DNA from: Candidatus Heimdallarchaeota archaeon
GTDB taxonomy: Archaea > Asgardarchaeota > Heimdallarchaeia > Heimdallarchaeales > Heimdallarchaeaceae
Assembly: GCA_021399395.1 (NCBI GenBank)
Contig: JAAFKJ010000047.1
Location: forward strand, 657 to 64,656
Direction of reading: 5' to 3'
Length of the DNA: 64,000 nucleotides
Below the pieces are notes generated by a model. That model ran no database searches. It saw only the letters and a program-made list of their open reading frames with translations, and was not told where the DNA came from. Of this stretch, positions 28,309 to 38,249 are shown in pieces; position 1 is the stretch's first letter; each line of letters begins with the position of its first letter. The position numbers were made by a program, and so were the translations under genes.

Positions 28309-28518
28309 TCATTCGTCTTCATAGATAATGTTGTTAAAGGCATTATCAACATTTGGAAAACGAAAGTCTGTTGATTGCTTTGAAGCATAATGTTCTCTGT
28401 AAAAATCTCTTAATGCCAATCTTATTGCCTCTGATCTCGATGCATATCGCCCTTGAAGAACCATTTCATCTAAAATTTCTACAAATTGACTAGGAAGTCT
28501 TATTGAAATCAAGTTCAT
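28309..28518 (-). CDS. Ribbon-helix-helix (CopG family) DNA-binding protein
   Basis: The segment MNLISIRLPSQFVEILDEMVLQGRYASRSEAIRLALRDF has the RHH pattern. Confidence 0.7.
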   Translation of the reverse strand: MNLISIRLPSQFVEILDEMVLQGRYASRSEAIRLALRDFYREHYASKQSTDFRFPNVDNAFNNIIYEDE

Positions 28519-28724
28519 TTTTTAACCCCAAACAAGTATTGTATTATTCTAGTAATAGTGCTTAACCCATTTATAGATTTGTAACACTTTTTGTTCAAGA
28601 ATACCCAATACTTTGATTCCAATCTCACAAGTTTTTAAGGTTTACCTCACCGACAATAAAACCCTAACTTGATAAGAGGAAAACTTAGAGAAATAGTAAA
28701 AAACTTGATTTTCTGAAAAAGGAA

Positions 28725-29309
28725 TTAGATTGAAACCAACTTCTTGCACTTTTCACATTCCAAAATCGTACTGTCAGGTAAAGGATCCTTTGTCTTCTTT
28801 AGAACATTACCGCAATAGCAAACGTATCCTTGCAATCGAGCAGGATTTCCATACACCAATTCATGGTGTTGAACATCTTTTGAGACCAAACTTCCTGCAC
28901 CAATCATTGCATACTCTCCAATTGTAATTCCACAAACAATTGTTGCGTTTGCTCCTATTGAAACGCCCTTCATAACTTGTGTTTTTACCAACTCCCAATC
29001 AGGATTTGCTGCTCTTGGTAGAAAATCATTTGTAAAACATACATGTGGTCCAACAAAAACATCATCGCCTATTGTTACACCATGATACACAGACACAAAA
29101 TTTTGTATCTTAACATTGTTACCTATGGGAACTTTAGTATCAACAAAGACAGATTTTCCAAATATGCAGTTTTTACCTATTCTTGCTCCTTTTCTTATCT
29201 GAACCAGATGCCATATCTTAGAACCTTCACCAATAAATACGTCGTCTTCAATAAAAGCAGAAGGATGAACATAGTAGTCTTTATCCGCATTCATAATTCT
29301 ATAATTCAT
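28725..29309 (-). CDS. Left-handed beta-helix (hexapeptide-repeat) sugar N-acyltransferase with C-terminal zinc ribbon
   Basis: Contains consecutive hexapeptide repeats (IGKNCIFGKSVFVDTKVPIGNNVKIQNFVSVYHGVTIGDDVFVG). The C-terminus is CYCG...CEKCKK. Confidence 0.85.
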   Translation of the reverse strand: MNYRIMNADKDYYVHPSAFIEDDVFIGEGSKIWHLVQIRKGARIGKNCIFGKSVFVDTKVPIGNNVKIQNFVSVYHGVTIGDDVFVGPHVCFTNDFLPRAANPDWELVKTQVMKGVSIGANATIVCGITIGEYAMIGAGSLVSKDVQHHELVYGNPARLQGYVCYCGNVLKKTKDPLPDSTILECEKCKKLVSI

Positions 29310-29345
29310 TTAAAATAATAAAAAAGTTTACTACAGATGGTAGTT

Positions 29346-30113
29346 TTACAATTGCGAACAGCTTTTACAGTTATTGTCTTGTTCAATTTGAAATGTTTCA
29401 TACGAATTATATTGTAAATCTACATACATAATCTTGTTTACCAGTAGTTTTTGATTATCTCTAAATACAAGGTATTTGATAGCTTCATTTGCTTCAATTA
29501 TTCCAAAAAAACCAGCAATAGTACCAATAACACCATCTTCACTTGTTGTAGGATATGAACCAGGGGTCGGTATTTCTTTAAACATACATCTATAGCAAGC
29601 TGTTTTGCCAGGAATCACGGTCATCATCTGACCCTCAAATTGATAAACACCACCAATAACAAAAGGAATCCCAAGTTTACAGCACATATCGTTTACGAGG
29701 AATTTAGTTTCGAAGTTATCACTGGCTTCAACAACAAAGTCATAACCCGCTAATAATTCTTCAATATTTGAAGAATTCAGAGTTACAGAATGTTCTACAA
29801 TCTTTACATCAGGATTAAGTTTAGTAATCTTCTCAAAAGCTGACAAAGTTTTAGCTTTACCTTTATCTTCTTCATAATGTAAAATTTGCCTGTTCAAATT
29901 GGATAATTCTATCTGATCTTGGTCAACAAGTCCAAGAGAACCTACACCAGCTGTAGCCAAATAATAAACAATACTTGAACCCAGACCCCCTAAACCAATA
30001 ACGCACACTTTACTTGATTTTAGTTTTTCTTGTCCCTGTATTCCGAAATTCGATATTATTATTTGACGATTATACTTCTCAAGTTCTCTCTCATCTAACA
30101 TTTTACCTATCAA
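29346..30113 (-). CDS. ThiF/MoeB/HesA family E1-like adenylyltransferase
   Basis: Contains the nucleotide loop VIGLGGLGS and the zinc motif CYRC, with a second pair CKSC at the C-terminus. Confidence 0.85.
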   Translation of the reverse strand: MIGKMLDERELEKYNRQIIISNFGIQGQEKLKSSKVCVIGLGGLGSSIVYYLATAGVGSLGLVDQDQIELSNLNRQILHYEEDKGKAKTLSAFEKITKLNPDVKIVEHSVTLNSSNIEELLAGYDFVVEASDNFETKFLVNDMCCKLGIPFVIGGVYQFEGQMMTVIPGKTACYRCMFKEIPTPGSYPTTSEDGVIGTIAGFFGIIEANEAIKYLVFRDNQKLLVNKIMYVDLQYNSYETFQIEQDNNCKSCSQL

Positions 30114-30239
30114 AATACAGTTAAAAATGAAAGTAAAATAATCTTTCTAATAGTAAATCATAAAATGTATAAGATGCCAAAATATTTAAAATCGTTTCAT
30201 CTCATTGGCACAACGACTAGAAACACCGAGGTTTCAACA

Positions 30240-32333
30240 ATGAAAAAGATAAGAAGTACAATTGTTACTTTGGCTGTGCTATTTACAATATCCATGTTAT
30301 TTTCAGTAATGTATGGAATAGTACAAGCTAACCAATCAGCAGATTTACCTATAATCCAACCAGAAAGAATAAACACATCAATTCCTTCAACAGAAGAATT
30401 GTCCCTAACAGATGATATTGTGTTCGAATATAACTATGGAATAAATGTCACTGCTATAGCTAATAGATCTATAGAAATTCAAACATTCGGTGTATTATCA
30501 CTGGTTGACTCAATAAAACTTGAAATTGTTGGAAATGTGAATTTAACATATTTCAATTATACTTTACCAAATATTCACACTAGTAATATTACATTTGCAA
30601 GTTTCCGTGTTTCAAATGATTCTTATGAGGCAGTAGGCAACTCATCAGCTATGCGTTCTTACACTTATCAGAAGAAGATAAATTATACAACCTTTATAAT
30701 ACCTTTACATGTCAATAGAACAAGTTTTGGGCAAGGTCAAGTAATTTACATCAGTACTTATCTAGAATTTTCTTCCCCCTATTTGTTTTGGTTAGAAGGA
30801 GGAGAGCAAGTAATTCATTATGAAGAGTTAATTTATCCTTTAATCAATAACATCCCAATAGTAAATGGTTCAACGTGGGTACAGAAACAGGGTGGTGATG
30901 TTTTCTTATTGGATAGACTTACCCCAACTAATGGTACTAATGGAATTTTCAATTCAGTTGATACAAATCAAGGAGTAATAAAATGGACAAATATTACAAG
31001 ACAGCCATTTAATTACTCACAATCATACGATGAAGACATATACATGCATGTCTATCTAACAGCAGTTTCAGTAGGTGGAGAAGTAGAAAATCCAGCTAAT
31101 ACTATGCTGTTCAAATCTACAGAGATAAATCGTAGAATTGAAATAGATCCTTATGGATTAATTAAAATTACCGAGCAACAAACACTTCACTACTTTGGAC
31201 CTGAGAGACCAGAAGGTAATTTGTATGAACTTAAATTATGGGCATTGAACTCTTTTCCAGTTATCTTACCAATAAATGCTACAGTTCTTGAGCTCTATGA
31301 TGAAATAGGTGGATTGAATCAGCAATACCAAATAAGTGACGACCTATTTTTTGAGCCAGGAGCATATAATCAACGTCCTAGTGTATTTCTTGGTCATGAT
31401 GCATTAGTCATTTTTCCACGAGCACCTTTATTCAATGGAGATGAATTTACTTTTACAATGATTTACACAGTACCTATGGAAGTATATATTGAGAAAGAAC
31501 AAGGAAGCATCAATTATAGGATGAAATTTGAGCCTTGTTCAATTATTAATTGGACAGTAGAACAACTGAATGTGGATTTAGTTCTTCCCAAAGGAGCTGT
31601 ATATCATACAATTAGATACAATAATCCTGATCCTTACCAAGATATGATACTCAACTATAATAAAAAATTCGATTTTGTTTCTCTAGGATTCAGGAGAATT
31701 CTCAGTTTCTCATTTACTACTTTCACAGGGAATGATAATGCTCCACTAGTGGTTGAATTTAGTTATTCAAGGTTAAATGTTCTCATCACTTACTTCTTCC
31801 AAGTACTTACAGTTGGTATCGTATTTGCTATATATCTTGGAATTAGATGGTCAACAAAGAAAACTAAAGATCTAGTGGTGAGTGAATCTGAGAAAGAATT
31901 TATTCCAATCGAAGAAATTGAGGAATTTGTTAAACAGTACGAAGAAGTTCTATCTATAAAAGAAAGGCTCAGAGAAACTAGAAGTAAAGTCGCAGCAAAG
32001 AAAATGAAAGCTAAAGAAGGAAAAGACGTGATTGCTAAATTAGAGACACGTATGAGATCTGAAGAAATCAATCTCAAACAAACTAAGGAAACTCTAGTTA
32101 AACATGGTGGAAGATATAAGCAATCCGTTCAAAAAATTGAAATTGCTGAAAGAAAACTCTATGAAGAAAGAAGAAATCTACGTGTTCTTCAACAAGAATA
32201 TAGAGTAAAGAAGACTATTATGACTAGAGAGTCTTACGTAAAGATGTTCCAAGACAGACAGCAAACCATTGAAAAACTCAGAAATGACATCGATGGTGAG
32301 TTACTATACCTTAGAATGTTATTGGAACCTTAA
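30240..32333 (+). CDS. Ribophorin I (OST1)-like type-I membrane glycoprotein
   Basis: The start is set at ATG 30240, preceded by GAGGT 7 nt upstream. The order is a signal/anchor, a roughly 500-aa luminal-type domain with 17 N-x-S/T sequons (hand count), a single TM segment (VLITYFFQVLTVGIVFAIYLGI) and a roughly 160-aa charged coiled-coil tail. Local motifs match my recollection of human RPN1 (see finding). Confidence 0.6.
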   Translation: MKKIRSTIVTLAVLFTISMLFSVMYGIVQANQSADLPIIQPERINTSIPSTEELSLTDDIVFEYNYGINVTAIANRSIEIQTFGVLSLVDSIKLEIVGNVNLTYFNYTLPNIHTSNITFASFRVSNDSYEAVGNSSAMRSYTYQKKINYTTFIIPLHVNRTSFGQGQVIYISTYLEFSSPYLFWLEGGEQVIHYEELIYPLINNIPIVNGSTWVQKQGGDVFLLDRLTPTNGTNGIFNSVDTNQGVIKWTNITRQPFNYSQSYDEDIYMHVYLTAVSVGGEVENPANTMLFKSTEINRRIEIDPYGLIKITEQQTLHYFGPERPEGNLYELKLWALNSFPVILPINATVLELYDEIGGLNQQYQISDDLFFEPGAYNQRPSVFLGHDALVIFPRAPLFNGDEFTFTMIYTVPMEVYIEKEQGSINYRMKFEPCSIINWTVEQLNVDLVLPKGAVYHTIRYNNPDPYQDMILNYNKKFDFVSLGFRRILSFSFTTFTGNDNAPLVVEFSYSRLNVLITYFFQVLTVGIVFAIYLGIRWSTKKTKDLVVSESEKEFIPIEEIEEFVKQYEEVLSIKERLRETRSKVAAKKMKAKEGKDVIAKLETRMRSEEINLKQTKETLVKHGGRYKQSVQKIEIAERKLYEERRNLRVLQQEYRVKKTIMTRESYVKMFQDRQQTIEKLRNDIDGELLYLRMLLEP

Positions 32334-32429
32334 TCCTTTTTTCCTTCTCCTTTTTTTATCCAAAAGGCAATCTGAAAAAACTTATAAGAACATGCAATAT
32401 CTTTAATTTACAAACTCTTAGGGTTAACT

Positions 32430-32834
32430 ATGCATCTTGAAAGTATAACAGAAAGTGCCGAAACAATTGGTAAAGAAGTTCCCGGACTCTCTGACGTAGC
32501 AGAAGAACTTGCACAAGTCCTAAAGAAAGGAAGGCTTATGCTCAATAAGTTGTTTGATCTATGTAATCGAGTTGGATTAAATATAGATTTAAGTCCAGAG
32601 GAGCAAAATGAAATTTCTCTTAAGGTAGCCTTAGTTACGGATCCTGACCAAGTATTTCAATATGCAAGAGTAGTCCAACTGGTTTTTCAACTGAATTATT
32701 TTTCTAAGTGTTATGAAAAAGCTCTTGGTTATGGTAAACTTCCAAATATCGTTAAGAAAGAGGCAGTTTCACTTCACAAAAAAATCGATGAGTTCAGAAG
32801 AATAATTGAAAAGGAATATGTTGCCAGCATCTAG
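32430..32834 (+). CDS. Hypothetical all-helical protein
   Basis: 134-aa ORF with no family recognised. Confidence 0.4.
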   Translation: MHLESITESAETIGKEVPGLSDVAEELAQVLKKGRLMLNKLFDLCNRVGLNIDLSPEEQNEISLKVALVTDPDQVFQYARVVQLVFQLNYFSKCYEKALGYGKLPNIVKKEAVSLHKKIDEFRRIIEKEYVASI

Positions 32835-32896
32835 GCTGAATATTGATTTTACCAAACTTTCGCAATGTTTTTTTATTCAAATTACAAACTAATATT

Positions 32897-33712
32897 GTGT
32901 ATTCCCTAAGAATTTCTCCTGAAAAACTTGCGAAAATGATTGATCACACAAATCTTAAACCATTTTCTTCTAAGAAAGAAATCAATAAATTATGTGTAGA
33001 AGCACTTGAATTCAATTTTGCAGTTGTGTGTGTTAATTCAAACCACGTTTCATTTTGTAAAGAAATTCTAAAGAAATCTGAGGTTGGTGTAGCATCTGTT
33101 GTAGGATTTCCTTTAGGAGCATGTACTACTAAGACAAAAGAATTTGAAACAGCTGAAGCTGTAAAGAATGGTGCTAACGAAATTGACATGGTCATGGATG
33201 TCGGTAGTTTTAGAGAAGGAAATTATTTTGCCGTAGGAAATGATATTGCTAAAGTTGTACAAGCAGCTGACGGTGTTTGTGTTAAAGTCATCCTTGAAAC
33301 AGGTTTCTTAACAGACGATCAAATCGTTAAAGCATGTGAAATTTCTAAGAATTCTGGGGCTCATTTTGTCAAGACTTCAACAGGTTTCGGACCAATGGGA
33401 GCTTTTTATGATCACATTGTTCTTATGCGTCATACTGAAGGTAAAGATTTAGGCGTAAAAGCTTCTGGAGGAATTCGGGATGCTAGAACTTCTGTTAGAC
33501 TAGTTAATGCTGGTGCAGACAGATTGGGGGTTAGTGCCGGAGTAACTATTGTTAAACAATTAGCTCAAATAGTAGAAGAAGGTGGATGGTTTCTAACAAG
33601 TGAAGACAAACCTGAGAGTTTATACTCATGGGGAGCTGCTGACTCTAAGAAACAGCCTAAAGATGTGTACGATTTTTATATGCAAAAGAGGAAAGAGTTT
33701 AAGAGAAGTTAG
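32897..33712 (+). CDS. deoC: Deoxyribose-phosphate aldolase
   Basis: Contains IDHTNLKP, KVILET, the Schiff-base lysine motif FVKTSTGF and VKASGGIR. The start is uncertain (TTG 32843, GTG 32897 or ATG 32936). There is a roughly 45-aa C-terminal extension. Confidence 0.85.
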   Translation: MYSLRISPEKLAKMIDHTNLKPFSSKKEINKLCVEALEFNFAVVCVNSNHVSFCKEILKKSEVGVASVVGFPLGACTTKTKEFETAEAVKNGANEIDMVMDVGSFREGNYFAVGNDIAKVVQAADGVCVKVILETGFLTDDQIVKACEISKNSGAHFVKTSTGFGPMGAFYDHIVLMRHTEGKDLGVKASGGIRDARTSVRLVNAGADRLGVSAGVTIVKQLAQIVEEGGWFLTSEDKPESLYSWGAADSKKQPKDVYDFYMQKRKEFKRS

Positions 33713-33729
33713 CTAAGAGAGTAGAGATA

Positions 33730-36372
33730 ATGAAGCAGTTTGATGATCGAAAGCTAAAGCCAACGTTAACTCCTATGATGCAACAGTGGCAGGATATTAA
33801 AATACAACATTCAGATTACATAATATTCTTCCGAGCAGGAGATTTCTATGAAACCTTTAATGAAGATGCAAAGATTGCTTCAGATGTTTTGAATATCACT
33901 CTTACAGCAAGAACAATCGGAGAAAGAAAGTTTCCATTAGCTGGTGTTCCGTTTCATGCTGTAGACGCATATATTGCTAAAATGGTTGAAAACGGTTACA
34001 AAGTGGCTATAGTTGAGCAGCTTGAAGACGCTAAAGCTACTAAGAAGATTGTTAAACGTGGAGTTGTACAATTAATAACAAGAGGTACAATAACGATCCC
34101 AGAATCTCTAAGCAAGGGACATAATAATTATCTTGTTGCTATCAATAAAGTAGGCGATATCTATGGTTTAGCTGCTCTCGATTTATCCACTGGTGAGTTT
34201 TTGGTTTCGGATTTCGAAGGAGATAAAGCTCTAGATCTTCTAAATGTTGAACTAACTAGATTAAATCCCTCTGAGATAATAATGGAGGAGCAATTAAACA
34301 AAGAACTAAAAGAATTTGGAGAACAAAGCAAAACTACTAAAACCTACAGAGAGTTTTACTATTTTGATATCGATCAAGGGTCAAGGGATCTTTGTACCCT
34401 CTTTGAAGTTCTTAGCTTAGATGGATTTGGAGTCAATGAAACATATCCCTCAATAGGAGCTGCAGGTGCAATTATTAGGTATATCAAAGAAACCCAAATG
34501 AGGGAAAACTTTCCTAATATAACAAAAATCAGTCAAATTATTAGTCAGGATTACATGCTTTTAGATTCAAGTACTATTCGAAATCTAGAACTTATCGAAA
34601 ACTTACAAGCTAGAACAGAGTACGGAACTTTGAGACAGGTTCTGGATAATACAAAAACATCTCCTGGATCTCGACTTCTAACTTCATTTATCTTGAGACC
34701 TAGTTTGAACGAAACAATCATTCAAGGAAGATTAGATGCGACTGAAGAATTAGTAAGTGACAGTGTTTCAAGAGAAGAATTTCGAAGTATTCTGAACAAA
34801 ATGAGTGACATTGAAAGAATTACAGGAAGGATATGTCTTGGAAGGAGTAAACCAAGAGATTTGGTTGCATTAAAAAACTCACTCGAACTAATTCCAGAAA
34901 TCCTTACAATTCTTTCAAAATTCAAATCATCACTTCTTACTGATATACACAAGAACTTAGATCCCTTGAAGGAGGTAGTAGAGATTATAACAAAGGGCAT
35001 AGAAGATGAAGTTCCAGTAAATATCAAAGATGGAGATGTCATTCGAGACGGTTACAACGAAGATTTAGATGAATTAAGAAAAATCCAAAGAGGAGGCAAA
35101 TCTTTTCTAACATCTTTAGAAGCAAGAGAGAGAGTTAATACAGGCATTAAGAATCTTAAAGTTCGCTTTAACAAGGTTTTTGGTTACTATATTGAAGTCC
35201 CAAGAGCTTCATCAGACAAAGTTCCAATACAATATGAAAGAAAGCAGACATTAGTCAATGCTGAACGATTTATCACTCCTGAATTGAAAGAATATGAGGA
35301 GAAAATTCTCAATGCCGAGGAAAGAATCTTAGTCTTAGAAGAAGAATTATTTTATAATCTATTAATGCAAATAGCTGAATATGCAACGACAATTCAACAA
35401 GATGCATATCTCACTGCGCTCCTAGACGTTATTGCCACATTTGCTCAAAATGCCGTATATTATAATTATACAAAGCCCGAGATAACAAATGATGACATAA
35501 TTGAGATAAGAGAGGGGAGGCACCCTGTTGTTGAAAGATTATTACCTCAGTCAACTTTTATCTCCAATAATACTACAATCAAGAAGAATGAAAATAGGAT
35601 ATTGATAATAACGGGGCCAAATATGGGCGGAAAATCGACACTTCTCCGACAAGTTGCACTTATTACGTTAATGACACAAATAGGTAGTTTTATACCAGCT
35701 GATTCTGCAACAATTGGGTTAGTTGACCGGATTTTTACTCGTATTGGAGCTCATGATGTGTTAGTTGAACGTAGATCAACTTTCATGGTTGAGATGTATG
35801 AATGTGCTAACATCCTCAATAATGCAACTGAAAGAAGCTTAGTTATTTTGGATGAAGTTGGTAGAGGAACATCAACTTATGATGGAGTTTCAATTGCATG
35901 GTCAATTACAGAGTATTTGCATGATAAAATTGGTAAAATAGGTCCTAGAACTCTATTTGCTACCCATTACCATGAATTAATAGAATTGGAAACTAAACTA
36001 CCAAGAGTGAAAAATTATCACGCCTCTATCAAAAATGTAAATGGGGATATTCACTTCTTGTACAAACTTCAAGAAGGAGGGATCAGTGAAAGTTTCGGTA
36101 TTCATGTTGCATCTTTAGCAGGATTACCAAAGGATGTAATTGATAATGCAAATAGCTTGCTTTCGCAATTCCATAAAAGTGGGGAAGAAAAAGACAAAGC
36201 AATTATTCCTGCAAAAACAGATGAAGAAACCCTTTCTAGAAAATTGGACAGATTTGAAGAGCTAATTAAAGAAATTTCAAAACTAGATTTAGATGAAATA
36301 AAACCGATTGATTCTCTTAACAAGCTAGATGATCTTAAAGAAAGAAGTAAAAAGATTCTAAAGGACAAATAA
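33730..36372 (+). CDS. mutS: DNA mismatch repair protein MutS (bacterial MutS1 type)
   Basis: 880-aa ORF with an N-terminal mismatch-binding domain (TPMMQQW...GDFYE), Walker A GPNMGGKST and FATHYHEL. Confidence 0.95.
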   Translation: MKQFDDRKLKPTLTPMMQQWQDIKIQHSDYIIFFRAGDFYETFNEDAKIASDVLNITLTARTIGERKFPLAGVPFHAVDAYIAKMVENGYKVAIVEQLEDAKATKKIVKRGVVQLITRGTITIPESLSKGHNNYLVAINKVGDIYGLAALDLSTGEFLVSDFEGDKALDLLNVELTRLNPSEIIMEEQLNKELKEFGEQSKTTKTYREFYYFDIDQGSRDLCTLFEVLSLDGFGVNETYPSIGAAGAIIRYIKETQMRENFPNITKISQIISQDYMLLDSSTIRNLELIENLQARTEYGTLRQVLDNTKTSPGSRLLTSFILRPSLNETIIQGRLDATEELVSDSVSREEFRSILNKMSDIERITGRICLGRSKPRDLVALKNSLELIPEILTILSKFKSSLLTDIHKNLDPLKEVVEIITKGIEDEVPVNIKDGDVIRDGYNEDLDELRKIQRGGKSFLTSLEARERVNTGIKNLKVRFNKVFGYYIEVPRASSDKVPIQYERKQTLVNAERFITPELKEYEEKILNAEERILVLEEELFYNLLMQIAEYATTIQQDAYLTALLDVIATFAQNAVYYNYTKPEITNDDIIEIREGRHPVVERLLPQSTFISNNTTIKKNENRILIITGPNMGGKSTLLRQVALITLMTQIGSFIPADSATIGLVDRIFTRIGAHDVLVERRSTFMVEMYECANILNNATERSLVILDEVGRGTSTYDGVSIAWSITEYLHDKIGKIGPRTLFATHYHELIELETKLPRVKNYHASIKNVNGDIHFLYKLQEGGISESFGIHVASLAGLPKDVIDNANSLLSQFHKSGEEKDKAIIPAKTDEETLSRKLDRFEELIKEISKLDLDEIKPIDSLNKLDDLKERSKKILKDK

Positions 36373-36431
36373 CAATAAAAACTAGGAATGTCTTCTAAGA
36401 TTTAGCAAAAACAATAATTATCTGTGGTTCT

Positions 36432-38249
36432 ATGAAGCTGAAAATACTTGAACTCGATACTCTTACGATAAACAAAATTGCTGCAGGAGAAGTAATAGAA
36501 AGACCTGCTTCCGTAGTCAAAGAGCTAGTAGAAAATTCACTAGATGCTCAAAGTGACCAAATAACAATAAATATTCATGAGGGAGGTAAGAGTCTCATTG
36601 AAATTATTGATAATGGCATGGGAATGAACCCCGAAGATGCAATTTTATCCATTAAGCGTCATACAACAAGCAAAATAACAAATGCAGATGATCTCTTCTC
36701 AATCTACAGTTTAGGATTTAGAGGAGAAGCTCTAGCAAGTATAGTTAGTGTTGCTCAAGTGGAAATATTCTCCAGAACCAAGGAAAATGAAATTGGTACT
36801 CATATCTCTGTTGAAGGAGGTAAACTAATCTTTAACAAGAACATATCAACACCCGTAGGAACACGAATAGTTGTGAAAAATCTTTTTTACAATGTTCCTG
36901 TTAGAAGAAACTTCCTCAAAACAATTTCAACTGAAATCAACCATATAACTGAATTTGTTACCCGTTTAGCTCTTTCTCAGCCTGATGTTGCTTTTTCGTT
37001 AAAACATAATGGAAAAGATATACTGACAGCACCAAAAGGGGATTTGCTTGCACAAATTACAGCCATCTTCGGAGAACAAATAGCTAAAGGATGTATTGCA
37101 TTAGATAAAGATGAAGACAACTATAAGATTAAGGGATTCATTACCAAACCCGAATTTTCTAGGAAATCCAAAGATTATCTTTATACTTTTGTGAATATGA
37201 GATCTATTTCAAATAAAACAATTTCAGATGCCACATCACGTGGTTATGGTACTTCTATCCCACATGGCAGATTTCCCATTATTTTTCTCTATCTTACTCT
37301 ACCAGCTGAAGAAGTCGATGTGAATGTTCATCCCACCAAAAGAGAAGTAAGGTTTAGCAAAGAATCAAAAGTATACAGTTTGATTGAATCTGCGGTTAGA
37401 CAAGCTTTAGAAAAAAGTGGATTGGAAATCTTCGAAAGAACATTAGAAACAAGATTCAAACCAACAACTCTAACAAATATTGGAAAACTGAAAACTAAAT
37501 CAGATACAAGTAAAAGAACAACACCAACTTCAACTATTGCAAAGCAACCAAAGTTTCAGATCATAAAAAGTAAAGAACAAAGAATTGATTCCTTTCTCCC
37601 TTCATCTATGACTGGAGTTTCTGACTTGGATAAGACTGCACAGCAGAAGGTTGGTATCAAGGTTCTTGGAATCATCAAAGACACCTATATTGTAGCAGAG
37701 ACTGAAGCAGGGTTATTTCTAAGTGATCAACATGCGGCTCATGAAAAGGTGAATTATGAGAGATATATCAATCAGCTTAAGAATAAAAGAGTGAATGTTC
37801 AACAATTACTTGCACCAGTTAATATTGCTCTCAAACCTTCTGAATTTGCAAGCTTTGAAGAAATTCGTGAGAATATGGGATTATTTGGATTTGAAATTGA
37901 TGTCTTTGGCAAAAATGAAATTATTCTGCGCTCAATACCTTCAATTATGGGGGTTTCGATTGATTTCACAATCGCAAAGGATATCATCGATATAATTAAA
38001 GAAAATGTATCTGAAATAAAGAACAATCTTCAAGTTGAAGATTTGAAATTCATCAAAGATCTTGTTTCTATTTTCGCATGTAGAAGATCGATAAAAGCTG
38101 GTGATAAGATCGCAATAGAACAAGCAGAAACGTTACTGAAAAACCTTCTATCACTCAAAGAACCTTTCACTTGTCCTCATGGCAGACCCACTATCATTAT
38201 TCTTAATGAAGATTATATCGAAGAACTTTTCAAAAGAGATTATAGATGA
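36432..38249 (+). CDS. mutL: DNA mismatch repair protein MutL (endonuclease-proficient type)
   Basis: Has a GHKL ATPase N-terminus (ELVENSLDA, DNGMGM). The C-terminus carries the endonuclease motifs DQHAAHEKVNYE (DQHAx2Ex4E), ACR and CPHGRP. Confidence 0.95.
   Translation: MKLKILELDTLTINKIAAGEVIERPASVVKELVENSLDAQSDQITINIHEGGKSLIEIIDNGMGMNPEDAILSIKRHTTSKITNADDLFSIYSLGFRGEALASIVSVAQVEIFSRTKENEIGTHISVEGGKLIFNKNISTPVGTRIVVKNLFYNVPVRRNFLKTISTEINHITEFVTRLALSQPDVAFSLKHNGKDILTAPKGDLLAQITAIFGEQIAKGCIALDKDEDNYKIKGFITKPEFSRKSKDYLYTFVNMRSISNKTISDATSRGYGTSIPHGRFPIIFLYLTLPAEEVDVNVHPTKREVRFSKESKVYSLIESAVRQALEKSGLEIFERTLETRFKPTTLTNIGKLKTKSDTSKRTTPTSTIAKQPKFQIIKSKEQRIDSFLPSSMTGVSDLDKTAQQKVGIKVLGIIKDTYIVAETEAGLFLSDQHAAHEKVNYERYINQLKNKRVNVQQLLAPVNIALKPSEFASFEEIRENMGLFGFEIDVFGKNEIILRSIPSIMGVSIDFTIAKDIIDIIKENVSEIKNNLQVEDLKFIKDLVSIFACRRSIKAGDKIAIEQAETLLKNLLSLKEPFTCPHGRPTIIILNEDYIEELFKRDYR

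Noticed and set aside
28309-28518. The RHH proteins (this one and 14349-14504) as antitoxins of toxin-antitoxin modules.
   Set aside because: No adjacent small toxin-like ORF (VapC, RelE, ParE and similar) exists on either side.
29346-30113. The ThiF/MoeB-like E1 as part of a eukaryote-like ubiquitin system.
   Set aside because: No ubiquitin-like/ThiS/MoaD, E2, RING or JAMM genes are adjacent. Its size and motifs fit ordinary MoeB/ThiF sulfur-carrier activation.
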